Positions 10,864 through 24,464 of a DNA stretch of 64,000 nt are shown piece by piece. Made by a program: the position numbers and the translations under genes. The notes under the pieces are model-generated. The model was given only the letters and a program-made list of their open reading frames with translations, was not told where the DNA came from and did no database searches. Within the stretch, counting starts at the first letter, position 1, and each line of letters begins with the position of its first letter. This DNA is from Octopus sinensis (Eukaryota), in contig NC_043019.1 of the NCBI RefSeq assembly GCF_006345805.1, positions 10,849,360 to 10,913,359 on the forward strand, in the 5' to 3' direction.

Positions 10864-12522
10864 GACCACCACCACCACCACCACCACCACTGTTGGCATG
10901 TCACCCTCATAGCTACCACCACCATCACCACATCACACCATCCACCCTCACCACCATCACTATCATCATTGTTGTCATGCTGTCATTCTTGTGGTCGTTG
11001 TTGTTGTCGTCATCATTATTGTACCAATTGTTATTGTTGTCACCATCATCACCACTAACCCCCACCCCACCTGTCATCATATTTCTACCGTTAATGAATG
11101 TTGAAGTAAGAGAGGTGTCTGTTACCATCCAAGCAGACACTGACTGGCCTGCAAAATAAATACCATTTTACCAAATGGAGGTGGGATGGACACATGGATG
11201 GTGGCTATAAGGATGGTAGCTGTAAGGATGGTGGCTATCTCCTGCTAGAAATAGTAGCCAAGTCTCTCAAATTACTTTCTGTCATTTCAAAAAAAGGGTA
11301 AGACATATTACATTGGTGAATTCTCAAACTGACAAATGAGTCTCCAGTCCTTTATTTATCATAGAATCATTAGGGTATTGATCAGGGTGCCTAGTGGGGA
11401 AATTTTTTCCTACTCTTTGCATTCAGAGTTCAAATCCTGCTGTAGCTCACCTGGGCAATTGATTAAATCTCTTGGCTAGTTTTATGTTCACCTCCTGGTC
11501 CTTGATATGCCTTTAGTGTAGTTCCCTCTGTTAGAAGCATTCTCCAATTTCAAGATACTTTTATTCCCTCACTCTCACCCATCCACTCTTGGAGGCTTAG
11601 TAAAGGGTCCTGGATATTACTTGGTCTTGTCTTGTGAGTTACTTGTTGACCTCACTGGTGCAGGTACCAGGTAAAAAGCACCCAATAATGTCTGTAAATT
11701 GATTGGCATTAAGAAAAGCATTCAACTTCAAAGACCATGTAAAAAAGTAAACATTGGCGCTTGGTATGGTCCTCCGGCTTGCCAGAACCTGTCAAACTTA
11801 TTTCTTTACTACCCACAAGGGGCTAAACACAGAGAGGACAAACAGATTAAGTCGATTACATTGACCCCACTGCGTAACTGGTACTTAATTTATCGACCCC
11901 GAAAGGATGAAAGGCAAAGTCGACCTCGGTGGAATTTGAACTCAGAATGTAACGGCATTGTCCAACCCATACCAGTAGGGGAAAATGAACGTTAAATGAT
12001 GATGATGATGGTGAGGTGGAGGATGAAGGTGATAACTGATTTATATTTTGGTCACCTGTCAAACTTATTTCTTTACTACCCACAAGGGGCTAAACACAGA
12101 GAGGACAAACAAGGATAGACAAACAGATTAAGTCGATTACATCGATCCCAGTGCGTAACTGGTACTTAATTTATCGACCCCGAAAGGATGAAAGGCAAAG
12201 TCGACCTCGGTGGAATTTGAACTCAGAACGTAACGGCAGACGAAATACTGCTAAGCATTTCGCAGCCGTCTACCAAATCCACTTACAAGTCGGCCTGAGG
12301 CTATAGTAGAAGACACATGCCCAAGGTGCCACACAGTGGGACTGAACCCAAGGTTCCACACAGTGGGACTACGTTGTTGGAAAGCTACACAGCCATACCA
12401 GCAGGGGAAAATGAACGTTAAATGATGATGATGGTAAGGTGGAGGATGAAGGTGGTAACTGATTTATATTTTGGTCACTGATTGACCACAGCACTCACAC
12501 GCTATGTATGGCTTCATTCTAG

Positions 12523-12650
12523 GAGATGAAATGGTCAGTGAGCTGAGACAGCAGCTAGAGGAAGAGAGAGTTAAGAACAAGCAACTGCAGGGAACTTTGA
12601 AAAACCAGGAAGAAAAGAAACAGAATGAGATAATTTGTCTCAAGATGGAG
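12523..12650 (+). CDS. Coiled-coil protein exon (RDEMVSELRQQLEEERVKNKQLQGTLKNQEEKKQNEIICLKME)
   Basis: TTCTAG acceptor, GAG|GTAACT donor, phase 1 to 0. Coiled-coil composition. Confidence 0.85.
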
Positions 12651-12723
12651 GTAACTTATCAGCTGCATCTTTGTCTTTCATGGGATGCTTATGGCTGTCA
12701 CTTGAAACTGTCATCGAAAGGTT

Positions 12724-12769
<46 letters not shown>

Positions 12770-12782
12770 GTGTGTGTGTGTG

Positions 12783-12821
<39 letters not shown>

Positions 12822-12840
12822 GTGTGTTTATGTAAGGGTA

Positions 12841-12928
<88 letters not shown>

Positions 12929-12938
12929 AAAACCTCTA

Positions 12939-13031
12939 TAATTGGCTGATGAGTGCTCAGCATTTTAAAACTGTTGTAATACTTACAACATTTAATAAAA
13001 TGATGTAGTATGAAACGATCGTACCAAATTA
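12939..13031 (+). ncRNA. Type-I hammerhead ribozyme motif (family H1, copy 1)
   Basis: TTGG-CTGATGA-GTGCT..66-nt arm..AGTAT-GAAAC-GATC-GTA|CCAA. All core boxes and stems I-III are present. Confidence 0.75.
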
Positions 13032-13582
13032 CTGGAATCATTCTTGTTGCTTATTTTGATTATATATATATATATATATATGTATCTTTTACCTTTTACC
13101 TGTTTCAGTTATTAGACTGTGGCCATGCTGGGGCGCCACCATGAATTTTTAGTCAAATGAATCGACCCCAGTACTTATTTTTTAAGTTTGGTACTTATTC
13201 TATCGGTCTCTATTGCTGAGATGCTAAGTTACAGGGTCATAAACACACCAACACTGGTTGTCAAGTGGTAATGGGGAGGGGGGGGGAAACACCGACACAC
13301 AAACACACACATGTATATGTACAACAGGCTTCTTTCAGTTTCCATCTCTCAAAGCTTTGGTTTTTCTTTGTTTCAGTCATTGGACTATGGCCATGCTGGA
13401 GCATTGCCTTGAAGGATTTAGTTGAACAAATTGACTTCAGGATTTTTTTTGGTCTCTTTTGCTGAGACGCACTAAGTTATGGGGACATAAATGAACCAAC
13501 ACCAGTTAGCAGACAGTAATGGGGACAAACACAAACACAGACACACACACATAGCTACACACACACACCACACACACACACA

Positions 13583-13667
<85 letters not shown>

Positions 13668-14011
13668 GGAGGCTTCATTTAGTTTTCGTCTACCAGATCC
13701 ACTTAAAAGGCTTTGATTGGCTTGTGGTAGTTGTAGAAGGCATTTACCCAAGGTGGTGTCATGCAGTGGAACTGAAACTGGAACCACGAAGCAAACTTCT
13801 TACCACACAGCCATGCTTGCACCCATACTGTATATCAGTGAGGGTAAACAATAAGGAGTGAGCATATGTGGAAGAAAGGCAAGAAAAGAGAAAGCAAATA
13901 GAGGAGAAAAATATAAAATGCAATTCTTCTGAGAGTTTTCCCAGAAGTTTCTTACCCATTGACATTAACCCAAATTCTTAAATGGTTTTACATCTGTTTT
14001 AAAAATTTCAG

Positions 14012-14098
14012 TTTGAGACAAAGATGAAACTCCTGCAAAGGCAAAAGAACCAATCAGCTTTATCGAAACAGTCATGTGACCAAGAAATCTTCAGAAAA
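14012..14098 (+). CDS. Coiled-coil protein exon (FETKMKLLQRQKNQSALSKQSCDQEIFRK)
   Basis: TTTCAG acceptor, AAA|GTAAGT donor, 87 nt, phase 0 to 0. Confidence 0.85.
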
Positions 14099-15165
14099 GT
14101 AAGTCATTTACAGTGTCAATGGTTACACTATGGTTCTGAGTTTAGTTGTTGCTATTGGTTACGCTACATCGTAAATCTAAAGCGTTTCCTTAATTCCTCA
14201 ACAGCCTACAGAGGATTCTAACTTATCCATTCTTATTTCTTTATTGCCCACAAGTAGCTAAACATAGAGGGGACAAACAAGCACAGACAAAGGGATTAAG
14301 TCGATTACATTGACCTCAGTGTGCAACTGGTACTTATTTAATCGACCCCGAAAAGATGAAAGGCAAAGTCGACCTTGGCGGAATTTGAACTCAGAACGTA
14401 GCGGTAGACGAAATACCGTTTGGCATTTCGCCTGGTGCGCTAACGTTTCTGCCAGCATGCCGCTTTATCCATTCACTGAACAGAATATCGTTCAGTATCT
14501 CATCATGTATTAAGTGATGAGTGAAGCTGAGCTCTTAACTGTGTGCATGTAGAGAGTGAGGGAGTGGGAGATAGAGAGAGAGAGAGAGCAAGAGAGAAGG
14601 AGAGAGAATGGTGATAATCGTCACCACCATCATCATCATCATCATCATCATCATACTTGTCATTTTACATCCGCTCTCTATGTTGGCATGGGTTGGACTT
14701 AGACAGGGCAGTGGAAGCTCACCTTGCTTGCATTTCATTTTAGCATGGTTTCTATGGCTGGTTGTCCTTCCTAACACCAACCACTTTAAAGAATGTACTA
14801 GGTGGGTTTTTTTTTGTTTTTGCATGCCACCAGCACTAGTGGGGTAGCCATGTCCTTATTGCAATGGAAGAGGCTTCACAACCCCATGTCTCAGATTACT
14901 CATTTCTCTCTTTACAGAGTGAGAAGTATGAGCAATAAAGGCATGAGTGATAGTGTTGAGAGGGATTAAGTAATAGTGGAAGGAGTGAAAGGGGCACTAT
15001 CTCAGTATTTCAAGCTGGGTATGACTTTTCAAGGCAATATGATTTCAATGGTAGGGAGGAGAAAAAATACTATGTAACCTAGGGGACAGAGCGATGATAG
15101 AGAGACGACAGGGATCCAGGATGTTTGGCAGAAAAAGAATAAGAGTGTTCAAATGTGGACCCAGT

Positions 15166-15581
15166 ACTCTTTTACTCTTTTACTTGTTTCAGTCATTTGA
15201 CTGCGGCCATGCTGGAGCACTGCCTTTAGTCGAGCAAATCGACCCCGGGACTTATTCTTTGTAAGCCCAGTACTTATTCTATCGGTCTCTTTTGCCGAAC
15301 CGCTAAGTGACGGGGACATAAACACACCAGCATCGGTTGTCAAGCAATGCTAGAGGGACAAACACAGATACACAAACACGTACACGCACACACACATATA
15401 TATATATATATACATATATACGACAGGCTTCTTTCAGTTTCCGTCTACCAAATCCACTCACAAGGCATTGGTCGGCCTGGGGCTATAGCAGAAGACACTT
15501 GCCCAAGATGCCACGCAGTGGGACTGAACCCGGAACCATGTGGTTGGTAACCAAGCTACTTACCACACAGCCACTCCTGCG
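15166..15581 (-). mobile_element. SINE family B with an internal (TA)n/(TG)n tract. About 20 copies, e.g. 3345-3733(-), 7325-7560(-), 19425-19740(+), 22480-22790(+), 32925-33300(-), 51225-51662(+), 55480-56030(+), 57915-58280(-), 63095-63480(+)
   Basis: Head GTGTGGTAAGTAGCTTG...GGGTTCAGTCCCAC, CACCTTGGGCAAGTGTCTT core, microsatellite, conserved 3' half ending in (GTAAAAGA)n. Confidence 0.85.
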
Positions 15582-15692
15582 ACTCAGTACTAGTGGTCAG
15601 GAAACAATATTGTGTGTGTGTGTGTGTGTGTATGCATGTGTGCATGTGCATGCATATATATATTCTGTATGTATATCTTGTCTTTGAAACAG

Positions 15693-15866
15693 AAACTGAG
15701 TCATATGAAGGAGGAATACGAAAAGAAAATTTCTGAACTAGAGCAAAGTGTATCGTCTCTTGAGTGGAAACTGTCTGAAGCCCCCGTTCTTCCACTGAGA
15801 GAGCGGCTACAGTTGTTCTCTAACAACAACATCATTGACAAAATCAAGAAGAAGAAATCTTGTTGA
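15693..15866 (+). CDS. Terminal coding exon of the coiled-coil protein (KLSHMKEEYEKKISELEQ...KIKKKKSC*)
   Basis: AAACAG acceptor, in frame with the previous exon, TGA at 15864-15866, ATTAAA about 35 nt downstream. The orthologue is not confidently recognised (CCDC192-like is only a weak recollection). Confidence 0.8.
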   Translation, partial: KLSHMKEEYEKKISELEQSVSSLEWKLSEAPVLPLRERLQLFSNNNIIDKIKKKKSC

Positions 15867-18800
15867 CCAACCTCTAACCCTAAGTATCTCCACTTCCTAT
15901 TAAATAACTACTGGTTGTCTATCAAATCTGTATTCTTGGCTTTTCTTTGAGAAATTTTTAATATACCTCACCACCAGCATCAACTTCATTGTTATTATTA
16001 TGAAAAACATTAAGGTGGCAAGGTGGCAGAATCATTAGCACACTGGGCAAAATTCTTAGCAGCATTATGTTCTGGGTTCAAATTCTGCCCAGGTCGACTT
16101 TGCCTTTCATCTTTTCGTGGTTGATAAAATAAGTACCAGCTAAGCACTGGGGTCATCTAATTGACATACCCCCTACCCTGAGACTGTGCCAAATTTGAAA
16201 CCAGTAAAGTAAGGTAGAATCGTTAGCAGAATTTTGTGTCTTTATGATAAAAAGCACCAACTGATCATGGCCGTTGCCAGCCTCACCTGGCCCCTATGCC
16301 GGTGGCATGTAAAAAGCACCCACTACACTCACGGAGTGGTTGGCGTTAGGAAGAGCATCCAGCTGTAGAAACACTGCCAGATCAGACTGGAGCCTGGTGC
16401 AGCCTCCTGGCTTCCCAGACCCTGGTCGAACCGTCCAACCTATGCTAGCATGGAAAACGGGCATTAATGATGATGATGATGATGACTGAATTCAAATTCC
16501 GCTGAGGTTGACTTTCATCCCTTTCGTGGTTGATGAAATAAGTATCTGCTGGATACTGAGGTTGATGTTATTGACTGAGTCTTCTCCTCCAAACTTGCTG
16601 GCCTTGTGCCAAAATTTGAAACCACTATTGTTATTACAAAATGTTTTCCTTTGTGAGTTTCATCTGAGTTTCTGCTGCACCAACCTGCATACCTCTGTCT
16701 TCTTGAAGTGTGTGTGATATTGTGCTCTTATTTTTTGTTGGGGGCTTGATGAGTGTAGACCCTATTGGTATACTGCACCAGTTTGTTTTGTTATAGAGTT
16801 TAGTTGCTTCTTTCTTGTTATATTAGAAGGTGGCGAGCTGGCAGAAACGTTAGCACACCAGGCGAAATGCTTAGCGGTATTTCGTCTGCCGTTACGTTCT
16901 GAGTTCAAATTCTGCAGAGGTCGACTTTGCCTTTCATCAAAAGGATGATAGGCAAAGTCGACCTTGGCGGAATTTGAACTCAGAACGTAACGGCAGATGA
17001 AATACGGCTATGCATTTCACCCGGCGTGCTAACGTTTCTGCCAGCTCGCCGCCTTAGAACAATGAATATAAGATACCATGGGATTTTACAATCCAATGTG
17101 GCTTCCTAAATGATGCTCAGAGACCGGAAATTGTCATGGTAGATAAAGGAAACCAAAATTATAGATATTGCAGTACCTGGGGATGCATGCATAAATTGAT
17201 TGATTGATTGATTAGGAAGGGCATCCAGGTGTAAAAACCAAATCAAAAATTAAACTTGTAGGTGAGATGTGATTCTTCAACCCATCTAGGAAAGCAACAA
17301 TAACTCATCTAAGCCATTCCATGGGTTGGACAGGTTACTGCAAAGTGAAAGTAATAATGGTGATAATGACAATAATGGTGATAATGACTACTACAATTAA
17401 TGATGATAATGATAATGACAACAATGATGACGACTATTATGATGACAGTGATAATGAATACGTTGATAAATGCTGCTGCTAATAAGATTATAAATTGATT
17501 TTGTTTAATTACATCAGTAATGTTCAGGATAAATAGACATTTCTCCAGTTTTTACTGTGACAGTTCTGACATTAGAGAACAGTAAAAATAAGGTAACAGG
17601 ATATTATATTTTTATCAAAGACTGCATAACATACGTTTAAATGACAAGAGGGAGGGGATGTGGTAAAAATAGTCCTTCAAATACCTCACTAAATGTCTGA
17701 GGTGTTTTGTTACATCTATTTATATTTTAGGGTTTGTATCTCCTCCTCCTGGCATGATGTGCTTTTGTCTGAGCAAAACTGCCACCAAAGACTCTGTCTA
17801 ATTGAATTTCAGTCACCTCAGTTGTATATCTTTGTGATAAACATGTGGTATGGTGTGTCATAGGTAGAATTAAAAAGGTGATTCTATGGTATAATATATA
17901 TTTGACTGTAAGGCAGCGACCCGGCTGAATCGTTAGCATGCAGGACAAAATGCTTTGCGATATTTTTTTTATCTGTCTTTACATTTTGAGTTCAGATTCT
18001 GATGAAGTCAACTTAGCCTTTTGTCCTTTTGGGTTGATAAAATAACTACCGGTTGCACACTGGGATTGATGTAACCGACTTGCTCCCTCCCACGAACTTG
18101 CAGGCCTTGTGCCAAAATTTGACATCATCATCATCATCAACATCATCATGTTGGCAGGCTGGTAGAATTATTAGCACACTGGGTAACAATGCTTAGCAGT
18201 ATTTCATCTGTCTCTACATTCTGAGTTCAAATTCCGCCAAGGTTGACTTTGCCTTTCATCCTTTTGGGGTCAATAAATTAAGTGTTAGTGAAACACTGGT
18301 GTTCATGTAACTGATTAGCCCTCCACCTCCAAATTTTAGGCCTTATGCCTTTAGTAGAAAGGATTATTATTATTATTATTAAGGCAATGATCTGCCGGAA
18401 TTATTAGCACACTAGGTAAAATTACATTCTAGGTTCAAATTCCACTTTTATCCTCTTCACAGTCAATAAAATAAGTACCAGTTGTGTGCTGGGGTTGATG
18501 CAATCAACTTACAGCAATCCCCACAATTGCTTCTCCAAAATTTGCAAAATTCAAAACCAACATATATGTGGCTGAGCAATTAAGAATTTCACTTCACATC
18601 TATGTATTTCAGGTTCAGTCCCACTACATGGTACCTTATGCAAGTGTCTTCTACTATAGCTTCAGCCTGACCAATAACTTGTGAATGATTTTTCTTGAGG
18701 GAAACAGTGTGGAAGCTCTTGTTTACATCTGTCTATCTGCCTGTTTATCTATCCGATCCTATCTATCTATATCTCTCTCTCTATATATTTGTTGTATTTA

Positions 18801-18888
18801 ATATATACACACAATTGCTGGGCCAGTTACTGCAGTGTTTTGTCCTGAGATAACATCTGTTATGGACTTGCTGTGTTGAAAGCTCAAT

Positions 18889-18927
<39 letters not shown>

Positions 18928-20519
18928 TAATTTGTCCCAGCAATGGCCATTGAAAGCATCAGATATCATCATCATCTCAAGACAAATACAACAGTAGCTG
19001 GCCTATTGACTGTGTATATACATTAAGTATGATTCATGGACGGATATTTTGATAGACGTTTGAAAAGGCTCAAATGTATCTAGTGTTCTTGCTGGCTACT
19101 GTTGGGATGAATTTTCGTCTCTCTGATATTTTTTGCTCTTAATATAGCAAATCGATATATCTGATTATCATGTAAGTCATTTCAGTTTTCTCAATGTTAT
19201 CATATGGTAAAGCCAATACTGAAGGGAAGTAACTCGGGATAAAAAAGTTATAGTTATTTCTCTTGGATTATTGGTTTCAAATTTTGGCGGCATACGTCCA
19301 GCAAGTTCTGGTTATGCGTAAGTCGATTATATCGACCTGGAAGGATGAAAGGTAAGGTCGACCGTAGTGGAATTTGAATTCAGAATGTAACGATTTTGCT
19401 GGCTCGCCGCCTTATCTCCGTTGGACTAGCGTCTTCTCCTATAGCTTCGAGCCGACCAAAACCTCGTGAATGCAGTTGGTAAACGGAAATTGAAAGAAGC
19501 CTGTCGTACATATATATATATATGTATGTATATTTATGTACGTGTGTCTTTGTGTATGTGTTTGTTCCCGCTACCGCTTGACAACCGGTGTGGGTGTGTT
19601 TATGTCCCCATAAATTAGCTGATTGGCAAAAAGAGACTGATAGAATAGGAAGTGAGCTGGGGTCGATTCGTTTGACAAAAGTCCTTCTAGGCAACGCCCC
19701 AGATGGATCGTCACATGACTGACACAAGTTAAAAAGCAAGGGGTAAAGAGGAATTTTCCACAGAGAAGTTTCACAACCCAGATAAGCACTAAGAACATTT
19801 TACCTTTTTATCTTTTACTTGTTTCAGCCATTAGATTGTGGTCATGCTGGAGCACTGCCTTGAAACATTTTTAGTCGAATAAATTGACCCCAGTACTTTT
19901 TAAAGCCTGGTACTTGTTCTATTGGTCTCTTTTGTAACGGGAATGTAAACACACTAACACCGGTTGCCAAGCACCCACACACACATATATATGCACACAA
20001 AGTATTTAATTTGGTTTTTTTACATGCTAGCTACTTGATAAAATCTTATATAGCTTTTATCCTTGATTATAATTGATATATATATACACACACACACTGG
20101 GCCTCTTTCAGTCTCTGCCTACCAAATTCACTCATGACTTGGTTGGCCCAAGGCTATAGCAGAAGACACTTACCCAAGGTACTACAAGGACTCAGAACCA
20201 TGTGGTTGGGAAGCAAGCCTCTTACTACATGGCCAGGATCCAAAAAGTGTGAGGTACAGGGCATTGCACAAAATAACTTTTTTTGTCTAAAAATATTAAT
20301 TACTTATTCCTCTGAATTTCTCCAGAACAGCATAAAACATCCTCATGGTGTTTGTTTATTTTTGATCATGAAATTTCAAAAAATACTAATAAGAGTACTG
20401 GAAAATGTCTGCGGTCATAATTCTCATTAACCTGGTGTGACGTGTGTGACAAAGATAGGCTTGGCTTCATGCTCTTGCTTGATGGGGCTGGGGTCATTCC
20501 ATTTTTGTGGTCCCAGAGG

Positions 20520-20745
20520 CGTCATCTTTTGTAGAGTCGACCAGTGCTTTCCCTTGCTGGCAGTCCCTCTGCATCCTCCAAGCTGCCTTTGAGCGTCTGG
20601 AGACCTTCCCTAGTCACATCCAGCCATCTGGTGTGGGGCCTGCCACAAGGCCTCTTCCAGCCCACAGCTGCTGTGTTGAATGAGAATAAAGCCCTGGTAG
20701 AATGATCTAGAGAGAGCTGGAGGATATGTCCGTACCACTGCATGC
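20520..20745 (-). mobile_element. RTE-clade LINE fragment
   Basis: QWYGHILQL...WKRPCGRPHTRWLD motif. Confidence 0.75.
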
Positions 20746-21150
20746 AATGGATAGCTATGATTAACTGATCCTCCTGAATTTTCTTTTACCCAAAGCCAAA
20801 AACTTTTCAGCACCCCCACATATAAGAAACAAGAGAGAAATTTAGAATAAAATTTATTTAGAGATTTGTACAGTTCTACAGAATGTGGGATGGATAGATG
20901 CATACACACCTCACTACATGTGGATGGATGGATGGATATAAGCATATTGGGTACTGGGTCACCAACAAAAACTTGTCTACATGTAGTGTATGAAGGACAC
21001 GTCAAGAGCCTGATGGAATCCATCTCTGTTCAGGCTTTTGATAACAGCCAGAAATTTTAGGTACAAAGTAAAAGCAAAGTGGAATGAGTTAACCGAATAT
21101 CAAGTCACAGACTTGGCTCACCAGAAGCTTACCATCACCTGACAAACATT

Positions 21151-21378
21151 TACGAGGGGGTACTGAAAAGGTCCTGGCTTCGAGGTTATCATGAAAAGCC
21201 TAGTTGGGGGCCCAACTTTCTGAGTTCTTTTACAGGGCTTAGAAAAACTGAAGGACTGCTGCAATAAATGCATGAATCTGAGGTGGTGGAGTGTATTTTG
21301 AATAAAATCATAATTAACTGATCCTCCTGTATTTTTTTTTAAAACCCAAATCCAGGAACTTTTCAGCATCCCCTTGTA
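21151..21378 (+). mobile_element. Mariner-derived MITE (TA target). Copies at 29800-30008, 41136-41356, 41450-41580, partial 20755-20822
   Basis: About 28-bp TIRs TACGAGGGGGT(A/G)CTGAAAAG(G/T)TCCTGG. Interior retains a transposase C-terminus-like frame (LEKLKDCCNKCMNLR). Confidence 0.85.
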
Positions 21379-22091
21379 AAAAGTTTGGCAGAATTGTTAG
21401 GGCACAGGACAAAATGTTACAGTCCTTCACGTTTGAAGTTCAAATCCTGCAAAGCTAGATTTCTTACTTTTCATCATCTTTCTGAGGATTGATAAAATAG
21501 AGCATCAGTTAAATACTGAGGTTGATTTAATATTCCTGTGAGGCATTCTAGATGTGAATGTAATTGTAACAGAAGACAAACATAGAGAATGAGGAGCTGA
21601 GTATGTGTGATTGTTCACTGAGTATATGTTTGAGAATGAGTATTATTATTACACAGTAGCAGCACCTCACTCATGGCAACTCTACATGCATGAGTGTATA
21701 TGTATATATATAATTTTTTAAAATCTATTTTTCTTGTTTCAGTCACTAGACTGCGGCCACGCTGGGGCACCACCACGAGTTTTTAGTTGAATGAAAAAAC
21801 CCCAGGCTTATTTATTTTTTTAAAGCCGGGTACTTATTCTATAGGTTTCTTTTGCTGAACTGCTAAATTATAGGGACATAATCACACCAACACCAATTGT
21901 CAGGCAATGGTTGGGGGACCAATACAGACACAAAGACATGCACACACACACACATATATATACAACAATATTAAGGAATGGCCTTAATATTGTTGAATGT
22001 ATATTATATAGTCTGTTGACTATTTTTTCTTCCTCACTGGACTGCTGGTGGCGAAAAATTTCTCTTGAATTTTTTGCTACCCTGATATTGA

Positions 22092-22130
<39 letters not shown>

Positions 22131-24464
22131 GATGCACTTCTTTCAGTTTCTGTCAACCAAATCTTCTTACAAGACACTTGCCTACGATGCCATGCAGTGA
22201 GACTGAACCCAGAACCATGTGGTTGGGAGGCAACCTTCTTACCACATAGCTATGCCTGCACCTATATATAATACATATTAGTGGTAGTGATGATGGCGGA
22301 TCTCTGTCATTTGATGACGAGTTTTCAGTAGTTTGATTAACTGAATTACCTGCTTCCGAATTAATGTGTAAGTGGCTGAGTATTTCACAGACGTGTATTC
22401 TTAACATAATTTGCGGGCAGAATCAGTGTGACGCAAAGCGTTGTCTACTCATAGCTATAGAAAATGATATTTGTTCAGGGTTCAGTCCCACTGCGTGGCA
22501 CCTTGGCTCAAGTGTCTTCTACTATAGCCTCGGGCTGACCAAAGCCTTGTGAGTGGATTTGGTAGACAGAAACTGAAAAGAAGCCCATCGTATATATGCG
22601 TGTCCGCCAACATCGCCTGACAACCGATGCTGGTGTGTTTACGTCCCCGTAACTTAGCGTTTTGGCAAAAGTGAATGATAGAATAAGTAATAGGCTTACA
22701 AAGAATAAGTCCTGGGGTCGATTTGCTCGACTAAAGGTGGTGCTCCAGCATGGCCGCAGCCAAATGACAAACAAGTAAAAGAGTAAAGAGTATGTGTGTG
22801 TGTGCCTGTGTGAATGAATTTTGTAGGATGTGTAAGCATGCACAAATGTATCTGGGTGAGCAGTAAATTCTGTAGGTGTGTGGTGAGACATCTTACAACC
22901 TACCCAACCTCGAGATTCTGTGAGGGGTGGAAGCAGTACCCTGAAAAGCAGAGCAGGGCTTGAAGATTGAGAAAAAAAATTTGCTTCAGCCTTAAGCAAG
23001 TTACTCAAGACCTCTTATGCCATTATGTTGAATAAATAGGATGAAATATTGATATGTCATTGGGGATAGGAGTTAAAATAGCATTTGACTAGTGATTAGG
23101 TAGGTAGGGTTAGATGTCATACTGATGGGTATGGGGTAGTAACAGGTTACATTTAAGACCTGCAGAGAAAATTGACAAGGAATGTGATCGCTTTTGGCCC
23201 TATGAAGGGAGAACCCCTTAAAATTGAAGTGGGGTTGTGATGTGGATTATTTTTAAAGACCCTTTAGCCTATAGCTGGCCATGTCCTTGCTCAAGGATTT
23301 TTCCTGTCTTATGTTCTAACTGACTAGATCTAGCCTCTCACACCTGCCTTACAATGTCATTCTAAAAATAAACACAGGGGCAGCTGTGGTTGTGTGGTAA
23401 GAAGGTTGCTTCTCAACCACAGGGTTTTAGGTTCAGTCAAACTGTGTGGCACCTTTGGCAAGTGACTTCTATTGTAGCCTCGAGCCTTGTGAGTGGATTT
23501 GGTTGATGGAAACTGAAAGAACCTGTCATATATGTGTGTATATATCTATGTGTGTGTGAGTCTTTGTTCCCCCACCAGCTTGGCAACTGGTGTGTTACAT
23601 CCCCATAACTTATCAGTTTGGCAAAAGAGACTGATAAAATAAGTACCAGGTTTTAAAAAATATGTCCCAAGACTGATATGTTTGACTAAAAAACCCTTCA
23701 AAATGGTGCTCCAGCATGGCTGCAGTCAAGTGACTGAGACAAGTAAAAGAATCACATCATTGAAATCTCAAAGCTATGAGATAATCCCTGATTAATTAAA
23801 AACGATGTGAATGAATAAGCATTACATTTGACAGAGTAATCTGAATGCTAAAGGATCACAAGAGTCACAGGCCCCTCCTTGACTCCCTGGGCTGAACTCT
23901 GAGTCTTATAGGTTCTGGCTACATTTGTTTGGGTAACATTGTATTGATGGGATTACACAATAAACAATATCGATGGGTTTGGCATTAACAAGTCCAGGTA
24001 GGCAACAAGGTTAATATCTAAATGAGCTATCTGGGTAGGATACTTAATGAAACAACTGTGAGTTGAGTCAGTTTACATTTCATTGAATTAGTGAAAATCA
24101 AATTGGTAAGATTTGGGCAAGTTTAGCTGGGAAATTAGCATAAATACTCCTACATGTACCTAGAGTAAAATCTGAAATCAGAGGGAACTGGTAAGGGTGT
24201 ATGTTGCCAATAATACATCAATAAAAGTATTTGTGGTATGTAGAATCTTCTGTGTTTTATCTTTTGTTTCGGTCATTTGGCTGTGGCCATACTGGGGCAC
24301 GGGGCATTTTTTCAAACAAATCAGCTCCAGTATTTTTTTTTTTTAGTCTGATACTTATTCCATTGGTCTCTTTTGCCAAATTACTAAGTCACAGGTGTGT
24401 AAACAAACCAACATTGGTCATCAAGCAGTGGTAGGGTGTGTGTGTGGCAAACACAGACACAAAA

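Noticed and set aside
15840-15866. K-Ras-like polybasic prenylation signal (KIKKKKSC*)
   Set aside because: The Cys is terminal, so it is not a CaaX, CC or CxC motif.
17731-17800. Alternative terminal exon for the coiled-coil gene (GFVSPPPGMMCFCLSKTATKDSV*)
   Set aside because: It has a good TTTTAG acceptor but no convincing upstream donor or homology. It cannot be supported without transcripts.
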